Positions 39,484 through 48,987 of a stretch of DNA of 64,000 nucleotides are shown here, piece by piece. Every line of letters begins with the position of its first letter. Position 1 is the stretch's first letter. This DNA comes from a virus: positions 15,662-79,661 of IMG/VR virus record IMGVR_UViG_3300031787_000064, one strand, 5' to 3'. The notes under the pieces were generated by a model. That model was not told where the DNA came from. It saw only the letters and a list, made by a program, of their open reading frames with translations, and made no database searches. Both the position numbers and the translations under genes were made by a program.

Positions 39484-40793
39484 AGCTTACTTACAAATTG
39501 ATCTAAAATAGTTTCAATATAGTCAGTCTTTTCTTTATCAATAACAGGACTTGTGCCTAAGAAGAATGTGTCTGTTGTAACTTTACGAGCAACAGGAAAA
39601 TTCTCTATCACATCTTTAGGATCCATAAGTCCTTTGTATGCTGGTTGAAGCATAATGTTGCCAGCAAAGTAAGGTCTAGTTTGAATCATATTCGCTTCAA
39701 AGAACTTACAGATATCAGACCTTTTGAAAGGAGCATCATCTTTTACGGTAACAGGAAATGCAAACCAATCTGGATCAGATCCTGGTTGTGCTTTATGTAA
39801 GTGGAAGTACTGTTCATATTTAGAGAATGCATTAAACAAGTTAGTATAGTTCTCACGACGTTTAACTCCTATCTCTTGTAGCTTATTCATTTGAACAAGA
39901 CCAATAGACGCTTGTAGTTCAATTGGTTTTAGATTATAACCAATCTCTTCATAAACGTATTTGTGATCAAAGATATCGTTCGGTAGTGCTGGTAGCCAAT
40001 TGCTAAATCTACAACCACACGTTCCGTTCTCTAATAGGTTTTGTTTACCAATACAGTAGCAACCACGACCCCACTCTCTAAAGCTACGGATAATAGTTTC
40101 AAGTTGTGGATCATTCATAGCAACAAAACCACCTTCACCCATTGTCATATGGTGTGCAGGATAGAACGAACAACTTGCCATCATACCAAATGAACCTAAA
40201 GGCTTTCCTTCGAATGTAGAGCCTAAAGCATCACAACAATCTTCTAACAAGATTAGTTTATACTTTTCTACAATTTCCATTAGCCTGTTCATATTAGGAG
40301 GATTTCCTAGTACGTGAGCAAATGTAATGATCTTACAATCAGGGTATTTAATGCAGGCCTCTTCTACTTGATCAAGGTTTAGGTTTAATGTATCTAGTTC
40401 AATATCTACAAAGATAGGTGAGAATCCTACTTGAAGTATTGGATTGATAGTAGTTGGAAAACCTGCAATAGGTGTAATTACTTTTGTACCTTTAGGAAAA
40501 GCCAAACCTCTTTTAGACGTCATTGCTAACATCATAACTAAGTTAGCACTAGAACCACTATTAAGTAGTAGTCCATATTCTTTTCCAAATAGTTTAGGAA
40601 ACTTTCTCTCAAACTTGTTAGCCTCTGCTCCTAATACTAACCACTCTCCTAATAGAGTTTTAACTGCTGCTATATACTCTTCAGAAGAAAAATAAGGTCC
40701 AGCATACTGAACCCAATCTTTTCCAGCAGTCCAGGTTTTCTTACTATGTTTTTCTTTAATGTACTGATCTACTAAGTCTAATATTTCTTTCAT
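39480..40793 (-). CDS. rfbH: NDP-4-keto-6-deoxyglucose 3-dehydrase (E1, PMP/Fe-S)
   Basis: NSGSSANL, EDCCDALG, SFYPAHHMTMGEGG (His in place of Lys), WGR.CYC...C..RF, DHKY. Confidence 0.9.
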   Translation of the reverse strand: MKEILDLVDQYIKEKHSKKTWTAGKDWVQYAGPYFSSEEYIAAVKTLLGEWLVLGAEANKFERKFPKLFGKEYGLLLNSGSSANLVMMLAMTSKRGLAFPKGTKVITPIAGFPTTINPILQVGFSPIFVDIELDTLNLNLDQVEEACIKYPDCKIITFAHVLGNPPNMNRLMEIVEKYKLILLEDCCDALGSTFEGKPLGSFGMMASCSFYPAHHMTMGEGGFVAMNDPQLETIIRSFREWGRGCYCIGKQNLLENGTCGCRFSNWLPALPNDIFDHKYVYEEIGYNLKPIELQASIGLVQMNKLQEIGVKRRENYTNLFNAFSKYEQYFHLHKAQPGSDPDWFAFPVTVKDDAPFKRSDICKFFEANMIQTRPYFAGNIMLQPAYKGLMDPKDVIENFPVARKVTTDTFFLGTSPVIDKEKTDYIETILDQFVSKL

Positions 40794-41407
40794 AACACTG
40801 CGTATAACGTATTTTGTTTTTCTTGTCTCTCGATTGTTTTAGGATGAATCAGGCAATAGAATTCCTCAGGTGGCATCATAGCATACGTATTATGCCCTGT
40901 CAAAACCTCATGAACCTTGTTGACCCAATTGATCTTAGGTGAGTTCTGTAAGATCCTTGTTTGATAGTCTGGAAAGTTTACCCAACCTTTATCGTCAACT
41001 CTCCATCTCCAGATATCAATATGTTTTTGAGCCAGTCCTTCTACTGTGTTAATCCTAGGTAATAAAAATAAATCAATTGTTGGATTATCTTGCAGAATTT
41101 CTGGCAAGTGTTGTATAAATTCTTCTTTTAAGTATTCATCAGCGTCTATTTGAAAGATCCACTCTCCAGAACAATTTGCTTTAAGGTTATTCTTGAAAGC
41201 GCCGAAGTTGCCTTTAAGTGCAAACTCTACTAATCTAATTTGATTCTTATATTTATCAACCACTTGATAAACTTCTCCAGTAGTGTTACCAAGATCTGCT
41301 TGAACCACAATTTCATCTTCAGGTCTTTTATTCTTAATTAGTAGATCTAACAGTCTATCTAATTCTTTATGTTCATTACAAACTGGTATGGCGTAACTGA
41401 TTCTCAT
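40790..41407 (-). CDS. Glycosyltransferase family 2
   Basis: WIFQIDADE, FPDYQ.R, VHE. Confidence 0.85.
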   Translation of the reverse strand: MRISYAIPVCNEHKELDRLLDLLIKNKRPEDEIVVQADLGNTTGEVYQVVDKYKNQIRLVEFALKGNFGAFKNNLKANCSGEWIFQIDADEYLKEEFIQHLPEILQDNPTIDLFLLPRINTVEGLAQKHIDIWRWRVDDKGWVNFPDYQTRILQNSPKINWVNKVHEVLTGHNTYAMMPPEEFYCLIHPKTIERQEKQNTLYAVL

Positions 41408-42094
41408 TATTGTTGTATATCAAATAAACCAATATAGTCACAGGCTTCAAAGTATCCGTCTTGTCCAAAGTTTTGTAGCGTTTTAGAATCTGACTTGTGT
41501 GTCTTTCCTTTAAACCTTGGATTATCTTTCTCTTCTTCTGTTAAAGGTACAGACTTAATACCACTCCACTGCCATTCATCTTTTGAAGGACCGTTTGCAA
41601 AAACTGTTCCTAGTCCATCAACATTAACAACATTAGGGTACCACACGCGGCCTTCTTCATCTACATGCTTAATATCTTTGAAGAGTTCAGGCATCTCGGC
41701 TTCGTATGTTTCAACATCGTATTCACCCTCTCTGATAAGGTCAGATGTATTATATCCACAGCTCAAACAAGAATATGCACTATGAAACTCGTTAATAGGA
41801 GTTTTATAACAAGCTAATGATTCTTTACATTTAGGGCAAGTAATTAAATTATCAGTCATTTAATTGTTGTTTTTTCTTTTGACTATTAGTATAGTTGATT
41901 GTAGTTCCTTCAGGATATGAATATGTAGTTGACGTGTTTATAAATCCTGTTCCACCTATTCCGATTGAAATTCCACCATCATTAACTTTTGATAACTCTT
42001 CCTGTATTTCATCCCATTGTGCAGGTGTAACATTGTATGGATTAGCAGCTTTAGAGAATCCTTTTAACCATATAACAAATTCTTTCGACGTCAT
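41407..42094 (-). other. Two hypothetical CDSs (41407-41859 zinc-ribbon; 41852-42094)
   Basis: CPKC...CLSCG in the first. Confidence 0.6.
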
Positions 42095-43401
42095 ATTTTA
42101 TTTAATTTAGGAAGTTCTATTTTCTTTAACTTAGGTAGTTGTAATTGAGGTTGAGTTGACTTAGGAACTTTGTCAAAATAAGTTTTAATCAGCTCTTTCA
42201 TTTTATCAAAGCTAAATTCTTCTCTTGACTTCTTAGCTTGCCTCTTTGCCAACTCTTGATACTTGTTATACTTCTCATAAACGTCTTTAAGATAATGTTT
42301 AGCTTGAGATATATCAGGGCTGAACCATTGTGCATCTGGAAGAATAATTCCTGGAACATGTGTTGATGGATGCGTTGGTTTTAATTCTCCTCCTATTTGA
42401 CAAGTAAACTCACGATCTAAAAAGTCTGTTTGTCCTGACCAGCCAGAAACAATAATAGGCTTTTTAGCCAAAGAGAATTCAAGAAGAGGTCTACCGAACC
42501 CTTCACCTTTAGTTAGATTGAACATCGCTTTAACTTTACCGTGATTATAAAGGTAGTTAATGTCTTTGTCGTCTAATTCTCCATGAAGTAGATATACATT
42601 AGGAAGTTTTCCTTTAACTGATTCTCTGATAGCATCTATCTTTTTTAGTAGCGCATCTCGATCCATAATACTAGAACCAGCGCCAGATACTTTCATAATC
42701 AAAGCAGGTTTATTCTTTTTATCTTTGAATGTCTCTAAGAATGTTTTAAGCATTAGGCTTACATTCTTTCTGTCTTCGCCAATTTCACCTTGAAGCCAGT
42801 GACCAACAAATAAAAAGCAAAAGTCTTCTTCAATTTGATCTAACTCTTGAACTAATTCTGTTTCTTCAATATCATTATCTTCTAAAAAGAAGTATTTGTT
42901 TAGATCAACTCCTTCAAATAGAACATCAACAGGTTTTTGTAGTTTAATATCTTGAATAAGTTGATTAGTGTTTTTGTCTCTCTTCTGATATGCGGTTTGC
43001 TCAAATACAGTTTTAGCGTGTTTAGAAGACACTAGGGTAACATTCATTCTATTTATTCCTTCTATCCACGCAGGATCGCAAGCAGTAGTTTCTATACCAG
43101 CAGTTATACCAATATTATAAACTCCTATTGGTTGAAATTCATTTGGTACAGTTATTTGAATCCACACATCTGGCTTTTTTGGAAGTTCTGGTGTGTGATG
43201 AATCATAGGAAGTATCCAACCCCACTCTTCCATATTATCTTGAATATAACCCCAAGGAGTAGCTCCCCATCTTTGACTTAAGATTTTAAAGTCATATTCA
43301 CTTTTCTTAGTTTGATATAAAGCTCTAAAGAAATCTCTAGCTCTAGCACCGTAACCGGAGTAAGTATCAATAGGACATGATACAATACACAACTGTTTCA
43401 T
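42091..43401 (-). CDS. Glycosyltransferase family 4 (GT-B)
   Basis: SGYG, RKN, GEGFGRPLLE. Confidence 0.85.
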   Translation of the reverse strand: MKQLCIVSCPIDTYSGYGARARDFFRALYQTKKSEYDFKILSQRWGATPWGYIQDNMEEWGWILPMIHHTPELPKKPDVWIQITVPNEFQPIGVYNIGITAGIETTACDPAWIEGINRMNVTLVSSKHAKTVFEQTAYQKRDKNTNQLIQDIKLQKPVDVLFEGVDLNKYFFLEDNDIEETELVQELDQIEEDFCFLFVGHWLQGEIGEDRKNVSLMLKTFLETFKDKKNKPALIMKVSGAGSSIMDRDALLKKIDAIRESVKGKLPNVYLLHGELDDKDINYLYNHGKVKAMFNLTKGEGFGRPLLEFSLAKKPIIVSGWSGQTDFLDREFTCQIGGELKPTHPSTHVPGIILPDAQWFSPDISQAKHYLKDVYEKYNKYQELAKRQAKKSREEFSFDKMKELIKTYFDKVPKSTQPQLQLPKLKKIELPKLNKI

Positions 43402-43402
43402 A

Positions 43403-44845
43403 TTAGTATATTAATTTGTGTGTAATTTTATTTTTAGGTAACTTTTCTATTTTAAGTAGTTCAAACTTCTTTCTAGGTTTAAACTTAACAAATGTTTCAT
43501 CTACTGATTCAATGATATTGTCGCACATGTGTTTTGCACTCATCATAGATTCTTCAGATAGAACCCATTTACGTCCAGCCATACCTCGTCTTTGTCTTTC
43601 TTCTATTGGCATATTATAAACCTGTTCTAGCTTTTCTGCTGCATCAATGAAGCTACAGCGATCATCTATAATATAAGGTGTAGGTATTGAACCAACTATA
43701 CTTTGATTTGTTGGAAATAAAGGTATTGCCCACTCTCCACATTCTTTATATGTACCGTAATGATTAGAACAGAATTTATCATCGAAGTCAATCCACTTAC
43801 CATTCTCATCAACAAACCTCATTTGATCTTGCATACCACCAGTTACATTTGCCATGATCATTTTACCGCACATCATACCTTCAGTTAAGCTAAGACCCCA
43901 ACCTTCATTGGAAGACATTAACATAACAATGTCGCTTAAGTTATAGAGTAGATTAACTTCTTCAGCTGGTACACGTGAATCAGAGAAGTATACCTTTTGA
44001 TATTCTGGGTCGCAAAGGAGTTCTATTACGGCTTCTAAGTCTGTACCGTTTTCGTCTTGTCTTTGTGTGTGAAGTACAAGCGCACATTTAGAAGCCTTTT
44101 CTTTACCTATTCTATCACAAAATACAGAATACGCTGCAATAGTGTCTGCTGTACATTTACGTCTAATATTTCTTGAATTGTAGAACACAATAAACTCTGG
44201 TTCAAAATCACCAAAAATTTGCTTTCTTTTTGCTTCTAACTTGTCATTTTCGGGATTCATGAATTCTGTGATAGGATAGAATATCTTCTCATTAATTCCA
44301 TGAGGTACATACTTAATGATCTTGTCTTTAGCTTTATCTCCTAGAACAAGTCTATTAATATTTTGAGTTTGTTTAGAGATTGCCATTAAAGTATCACAAG
44401 ACTCATAGTATGATTTGTTATATAATGGAGCTGGCATATCGTCCCAAATATTCAAATAGATCATTGGAACTTTTTTACGTATCTCATTCTCCATCTGGAA
44501 TAACCATATCCAGTATCTAGGATCAGTAAAGAACATGATAGCGTCTGGCTTTTCTATTTCCATTAATTGCCTAATCAACTCTACCGTACCATATCCAGAT
44601 ATTGGGTACATATAAACACTTGCATCAGGAATATCAGCAACACGATTAGTATCTTGAGAAATGTCTAGACGTTTGCCTTGATCTGGGTGATTAATAGCAG
44701 CTCCTAAATTAACCCAATTGTATCTGTGTGCTGTACCTACAACTATCTCTCTAGCCATGGTAGAGATTCCAGAAGTCATGCGTATGTCATCACATAAGAA
44801 CAGAATTTTCTTTCTCTGTTCTCTAGGAATGTAACCTTCTTTCAT
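43403..44845 (-). CDS. Glycosyltransferase family 4 (GT-B)
   Basis: YVPHG, RNIRRK, NEGWGLSLTEGM.CG. Confidence 0.85.
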   Translation of the reverse strand: MKEGYIPREQRKKILFLCDDIRMTSGISTMAREIVVGTAHRYNWVNLGAAINHPDQGKRLDISQDTNRVADIPDASVYMYPISGYGTVELIRQLMEIEKPDAIMFFTDPRYWIWLFQMENEIRKKVPMIYLNIWDDMPAPLYNKSYYESCDTLMAISKQTQNINRLVLGDKAKDKIIKYVPHGINEKIFYPITEFMNPENDKLEAKRKQIFGDFEPEFIVFYNSRNIRRKCTADTIAAYSVFCDRIGKEKASKCALVLHTQRQDENGTDLEAVIELLCDPEYQKVYFSDSRVPAEEVNLLYNLSDIVMLMSSNEGWGLSLTEGMMCGKMIMANVTGGMQDQMRFVDENGKWIDFDDKFCSNHYGTYKECGEWAIPLFPTNQSIVGSIPTPYIIDDRCSFIDAAEKLEQVYNMPIEERQRRGMAGRKWVLSEESMMSAKHMCDNIIESVDETFVKFKPRKKFELLKIEKLPKNKITHKLIY

Positions 44846-44852
44846 TTAAAAC

Positions 44853-45071
44853 TTATTTTATTGCGTCAATTAAAGTAGATCCTGTGTAGTATGTGTTATA
44901 CTGTTCGTGAACAGATTGTCTGAAGCCTGAGTCAGTTAGATACATGAACATAGCTCTTTCAACTATGTCTTGTAAGCTCATCTTTGTTTTTACTGATGTA
45001 ACTTTAAAGTCTTCGTATAAAGTCTGTGGGATCTTTACAGACGTTATGACTCTTTTTGATTTGTTTACCAT
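44853..45071 (-). CDS. Ribbon-helix-helix-like small protein
   Basis: ITSVKIP..LY..FK......SLQDIVERAM. Confidence 0.55.
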   Translation of the reverse strand: MVNKSKRVITSVKIPQTLYEDFKVTSVKTKMSLQDIVERAMFMYLTDSGFRQSVHEQYNTYYTGSTLIDAIK

Positions 45072-45131
45072 ATTCCTTTTCTAATAAATATACTAGAATA
45101 TACAAATAAATATGTAAATAAAAAAATATTT

Positions 45132-46037
45132 TTAGGCTTTTTTATCACAAAGTTCTGGCTTGTTAGTATAAGGACAGAACTTACAACTGTTTAAATTCTT
45201 AGGGTATAATCTATCTTTGTTGTACTTTGCATCAACTGTGAAACACTCTCTTATAAACAGAGATAAATCTTTGATAGCATCTTCTACTTTCTTTTTACCA
45301 TTTGGAGGTACGAACTCTTGTACTCTATAGATTGGATAGTCTGGATTCTGATATACTTTTCTCTTTACTATAAAGAACTTAACGTCTATCTTTTCCTCAG
45401 GCACATTCATTACCTTTGAGTAGAACCTCTTGTACAACAGTATTTGATTGATTTTAGTCTGGTCTTTCTTTTCGTAGTCTGACCAACCTTTTGTGCTGGT
45501 TTTGATATCGTAGATGGTGTAGGACTCTGTGTTTTTTTCATAGATAATAAAGTCAATTGATCCATTCATTAATACGTTTGGTATGTCTTCTAGAACAGGC
45601 TGAAGGATAGGGATCTCTATACCAACTAATTCAGTGTTACGAATAGAAAAGTACTTCTTCCTATTCTTCTTAAGCCAGTCTAGTGTTGATTGACCGTCAG
45701 CCAAAAACTCTTTTAACTCTTCTTTAGTAGTAAAGTGTTCGTTTTTATTTTCTTGTAAGCTTATCCTATAGTTTTCAACAAGCCTGTCTTCTAGCATTTT
45801 ATTCAGATCTAATTCATCTGCAGCTTTACCAGACTTCTCATACATTGTCTGTAAGTAACTCTGAATGGTTTCATGCATGGCAGTTCCATATACTAGGTAT
45901 ATAGAAGGCTTGAAGCTAGACTCTTTCTTAATATACGTTAAGTACCATTGGTATTGACACTGCTTATATATAGAATACTGAGAGTAGCTTACTGCCTTTT
46001 GATAGGCAAAGTTTATGTCTATTTTTGGCTTAGGCAT
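45132..46037 (-). CDS. PD-(D/E)XK exonuclease (RecB/Cas4-like)
   Basis: SYS....C, GT.MH, G.ID...DIKT, Q...Y, C-terminal CKFCPY....C. Confidence 0.85.
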   Translation of the reverse strand: MPKPKIDINFAYQKAVSYSQYSIYKQCQYQWYLTYIKKESSFKPSIYLVYGTAMHETIQSYLQTMYEKSGKAADELDLNKMLEDRLVENYRISLQENKNEHFTTKEELKEFLADGQSTLDWLKKNRKKYFSIRNTELVGIEIPILQPVLEDIPNVLMNGSIDFIIYEKNTESYTIYDIKTSTKGWSDYEKKDQTKINQILLYKRFYSKVMNVPEEKIDVKFFIVKRKVYQNPDYPIYRVQEFVPPNGKKKVEDAIKDLSLFIRECFTVDAKYNKDRLYPKNLNSCKFCPYTNKPELCDKKA

Positions 46038-46306
46038 TATTTCTTTTTACCTACAATAATCGTTTTGATCTTTTGTAGATATAGAATGTTATCCATTTGT
46101 TCTTCAATGGCTGCATCTATCCACTGTTCTAAAGACCAATCTTCACGATCTAATGTAGTACCATATTTAGCTTTGCCTACGTTTGACCTACTGATAAACT
46201 TATCAACAATAGCATCAACAACAGAGTCAGCTTTAGGAACTTCTCTTTTTTGTATAGGAACATTATCATGAATTGTGATAGTTCCCAGATCTCTATTCAT
46301 TGTCAT
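46037..46306 (-). CDS. Small all-alpha nucleotide pyrophosphohydrolase-like protein
   Basis: R..VG..KYGTTL.R.D....W...A.EE.MD..LY. Confidence 0.5.
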   Translation of the reverse strand: MTMNRDLGTITIHDNVPIQKREVPKADSVVDAIVDKFISRSNVGKAKYGTTLDREDWSLEQWIDAAIEEQMDNILYLQKIKTIIVGKKK

Positions 46307-46529
46307 TTTGCTTCAATTCTTTAGGGTAAAAGTCATCGTTTACATGTCCACATTTAGTACACACAAAAGTAGGAATTGGAAGAACTCCATCTTGTGCTTG
46401 ACCAGTTAAGAACTTACTAACTTTACGAAGCATTAGTGCTTCTTGAAATGTTTCGTTACCACACGATTCACATTTGATCCCTACAGTTTTGTCTAGAGAT
46501 ACGTTTACTTTTAATCTTTGATCTTGCAT
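46293..46529 (-). CDS. Zinc-ribbon protein
   Basis: CESCG...CTKCGH. Confidence 0.65.
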   Translation of the reverse strand: MQDQRLKVNVSLDKTVGIKCESCGNETFQEALMLRKVSKFLTGQAQDGVLPIPTFVCTKCGHVNDDFYPKELKQNDNE

Positions 46530-46550
46530 GTTGTTTTATTTAAAAATGTT

Positions 46551-46878
46551 GCTACTGTTCTTTAACTTATTTTTTATTTCTTTTTAGTTAATTTATTTTC
46601 TAATTTATCGAAGCGTGAATCTGTATAGCTATAGTTCTCATCAATTCTACGTTCTACTAAATCTATTGCTTGATCTAGTTTACGTTCTATTGAATCATAT
46701 TTATCTTGAATTTCTCTCCATAGAGATTGATTTTGTTGTTCTAGTGACTTGACCTTCTTTAACATTTTAACAATATTGATGATAAGCCAAACCAATATCC
46801 CGACTAACACTGTAGCCGAAACACCTAATAAAAATGTATTCATAATTTATATCTCCTTATATGTCAAAGAACAGTAGC
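46551..46878 (-). repeat. 16-bp inverted repeat enclosing ORF 46574..46843
   Basis: gctactgttctttaac (46551-66) versus gtcaaagaacagtagc (46863-78); the single difference forms G-U on the minus strand. Confidence 0.85.
46574..46843 (-). CDS. N-terminal TM plus coiled-coil protein
   Basis: Hydrophobic residues 4-25, heptad pattern, TAAGGAG upstream. Confidence 0.65.
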   Translation of the reverse strand: MNTFLLGVSATVLVGILVWLIINIVKMLKKVKSLEQQNQSLWREIQDKYDSIERKLDQAIDLVERRIDENYSYTDSRFDKLENKLTKKK

Positions 46879-46881
46879 TTG

Positions 46882-46963
46882 TGCCCCAAGAGAGACTCGA
46901 ACTCTCACATCTTTCGATACTAGATCCTAAGTCTAGCGCGGCTGCCAATTACGCCATCGGGGC
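46882..46963 (-). tRNA. tRNA-Leu(TAG)
   Basis: Cloverleaf, CTAGA-CTTAGGA-TCTAG anticodon arm, long variable arm; no encoded CCA. Confidence 0.95.
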
Positions 46964-47080
46964 AGGTGTTAGTCTTTTGATCTACCATAGAGATCTACAG
47001 GTACTCCGAAGAGCGCTAACACCCCTGCTACAGATAATTTGAATATAACTATTTACGTTAATAAAGAACTATTGATCTTA

Positions 47081-47356
47081 TTAGTGTCCATGAATAAATA
47101 AGCTGATCTCGATCCCTAATAAAGATCCTGCAACTCCACCCATTGCATAACCAAACCACAAGTGCCAACTATCATCTGACTTGGCGATCTTCTTAATAAC
47201 AAAGAAGCTAAATGTTGCTAATAGAAAATCTGATGTAGCAGACCAAAAGTAATTTGCTTGCGCAACTGCCCGATAGTTAACAACCATCATACCATAGTTT
47301 AGAGTTTGTATTCCAAACATAATAGCTGCGTCACCAATATCTTTCCAGGTTTTCAT
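47081..47356 (-). CDS. Small membrane protein
   Basis: Three hydrophobic segments, GY..GG..G..LG. Confidence 0.6.
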   Translation of the reverse strand: MKTWKDIGDAAIMFGIQTLNYGMMVVNYRAVAQANYFWSATSDFLLATFSFFVIKKIAKSDDSWHLWFGYAMGGVAGSLLGIEISLFIHGH

Positions 47357-47365
47357 AACTTTGTT

Positions 47366-47824
47366 TTAAATTGATAAAATGTCTTGGTGTCTTTTTATGA
47401 TGTCTCTAAGTTTTTTAGCATAGCCTCTTGACTCAGAGTATTTTCTATCGATAAAGTTTATATATTGTGATCTAGTCATTTTTCTCTTTCTCATCATGAA
47501 CTCTTGATAGAGTGCATAGTCTTGAACAGAATGCATCCATGTTTCATAGACAGCAAATCCACGTTCATTCTTTCTGATGGCAACAGTCTCTCTTACATTA
47601 GGCATCATCATACCAAATAAGTTGTTTGCTTCTTTACAGGTCTGGCTTTTGAAGTGACCTGTTTCAAGAATGGCTTGAGCAAATGCAATCTCTGGGTACA
47701 TGATGTCCATTGCTTTAATGGTCAACCATAGATTTTCTTTAGTTAATAGACCAAGATCATTCTTAGCTTTTGTGTGAGGCATAAAGCTCGATAACACCAA
47801 CAATAAAATGATTAGCTTTTTCAT
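47366..47824 (-). CDS. Secreted glucosaminidase/muramidase (GH73-like)
   Basis: Signal peptide; AQAILETG, NNLFGM, Y.....Y. Confidence 0.8.
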   Translation of the reverse strand: MKKLIILLLVLSSFMPHTKAKNDLGLLTKENLWLTIKAMDIMYPEIAFAQAILETGHFKSQTCKEANNLFGMMMPNVRETVAIRKNERGFAVYETWMHSVQDYALYQEFMMRKRKMTRSQYINFIDRKYSESRGYAKKLRDIIKRHQDILSI

Positions 47825-47839
47825 GTTTATTATTTTTAG

Positions 47840-47910
47840 ATGTCCCTCTAGGATTCGAACCTAGACTAAGTGGACCAAAACCACTTGTGCTACCGTTACA
47901 CCAAAGGACA
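47840..47910 (-). tRNA. tRNA-Gln(TTG)
   Basis: AGTGG-TTTTGGT-CCACT anticodon arm, GGTTCGAATCC. Confidence 0.95.
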
Positions 47911-47968
47911 ATGTAAGCCGACTTTCGTCGACCTACGTGGCGTCAATGCTTATCGCACCGTCTTCAGG

Positions 47969-48040
47969 TACTCGGTACGAGAATCGAACTCGTATCACCA
48001 CCGTGAAAGGGTGGTGTCCTAACCGTTAGACGAACCGAGC
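47969..48040 (-). tRNA. tRNA-Glu(TTC)
   Basis: CCACC-CTTTCAC-GGTGG anticodon arm. Confidence 0.95.
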
Positions 48041-48046
48041 AAGGAG

Positions 48047-48123
48047 TCGGGTTGGCTGGATTCGAACCAGCGAGTTCTCCACATCCCAAATGTGGCGGGG
48101 TAACCGGACTCCCCAACAACCCG
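48047..48123 (-). tRNA. tRNA-Pro(TGG)
   Basis: CCACA-TTTGGGA-TGTGG anticodon arm, 5' CGG. Confidence 0.95.
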
Positions 48124-48212
48124 TTCTAATAATCAAATTACAAAAATCTTTATTAATTTAAATATTAAATTAGCTAGTATTGTAAGTTTATACTATATAG
48201 TGTAGCCACTAT

Positions 48213-48243
48213 AAAAAAAATTGGGACAACATAGTTGCCCCAA
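48213..48243 (-). terminator. Intrinsic terminator
   Basis: TTGGGGCAAC-TAT-GTTGTCCCAA plus T8. Confidence 0.75.
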
Positions 48244-48269
48244 CTCTTTATAATAATAAACTAAGTAAA

Positions 48270-48542
48270 TTACTCTTCGTTGTTTTCTGCTTCGATTTTT
48301 TCTTTTTCAACTTCTGTTTTACGGTTTGTCCATTTGTCAACAGAAGCGATACCAAAAGCACCAAGGGTAATTACCATGAATCCATCAAAAATGAACTCAT
48401 TGATAAGAAGTTCTTTGCCTAACCAACCTGTGATTAGATCAACTCCTAATGCAATTATCATACAAATAAATGACATAAAACCTACAACACTCTTTTCATT
48501 GATGTCGTTATTGTCTCTGAATAGATCTTTCCAGAAGCTCAT
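48270..48542 (-). CDS. Two-TM holin-like protein
   Basis: Two TM helices, charged C-terminal tail, lysis context. Confidence 0.5.
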   Translation of the reverse strand: MSFWKDLFRDNNDINEKSVVGFMSFICMIIALGVDLITGWLGKELLINEFIFDGFMVITLGAFGIASVDKWTNRKTEVEKEKIEAENNEE

Positions 48543-48567
48543 AGTTTTGAGTTTTGTTGTGAACAAT

Positions 48568-48987
48568 TTAATTTAATGCCGCAACTACAACAGTCGTAAC
48601 TATTGAGAAGAACATCCAAACAGCCCACATCCTCTTTTCTCTCCAATGTTGTTTATCTTCATCTTTAACAAGAGTATCTAATGTTTCTATTTTTTTATCT
48701 GATACTACAAGTTTTTCAGACGCATATACAAAATTAGAATCTAGTTTTTGCTTCTCAACCTTTAGAGAATCTATTTCTACTTTATTTACATTGACAGTTT
48801 TGTCTAATGCACTTATACTATCTCTTAAGTCAAGGAATTTTTTATTGATCTCATCAGCCTGTTTAACTGTCATTATTACAACAGTGTCCTTACCTATCGT
48901 TTTTACCACCGGATACTGGCAGTAACTTGAAAGGCTTGCCAAGATCATCAGCACTGTCAAGCATAATCTTAAGTTCATTGTTTTCAC
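48568..48987 (-). CDS. Envelope coiled-coil protein (N-terminal signal, C-terminal TM), spanin-like
   Basis: Signal peptide, heptads, C-terminal hydrophobic helix; overlaps the next gene. Confidence 0.5.
   Translation of the reverse strand: MKTMNLRLCLTVLMILASLSSYCQYPVVKTIGKDTVVIMTVKQADEINKKFLDLRDSISALDKTVNVNKVEIDSLKVEKQKLDSNFVYASEKLVVSDKKIETLDTLVKDEDKQHWREKRMWAVWMFFSIVTTVVVAALN

Noticed and set aside
45132-46037. Cas4-like nuclease as evidence of a CRISPR system
   Set aside because: No repeat-spacer array or other cas genes seen; solo PD-(D/E)XK nucleases are common in phages
47911-47968. Theta/HDV-like ribozyme call
   Set aside because: Could not assign P1 and P3 pairings by eye; kept only as a low-interest finding
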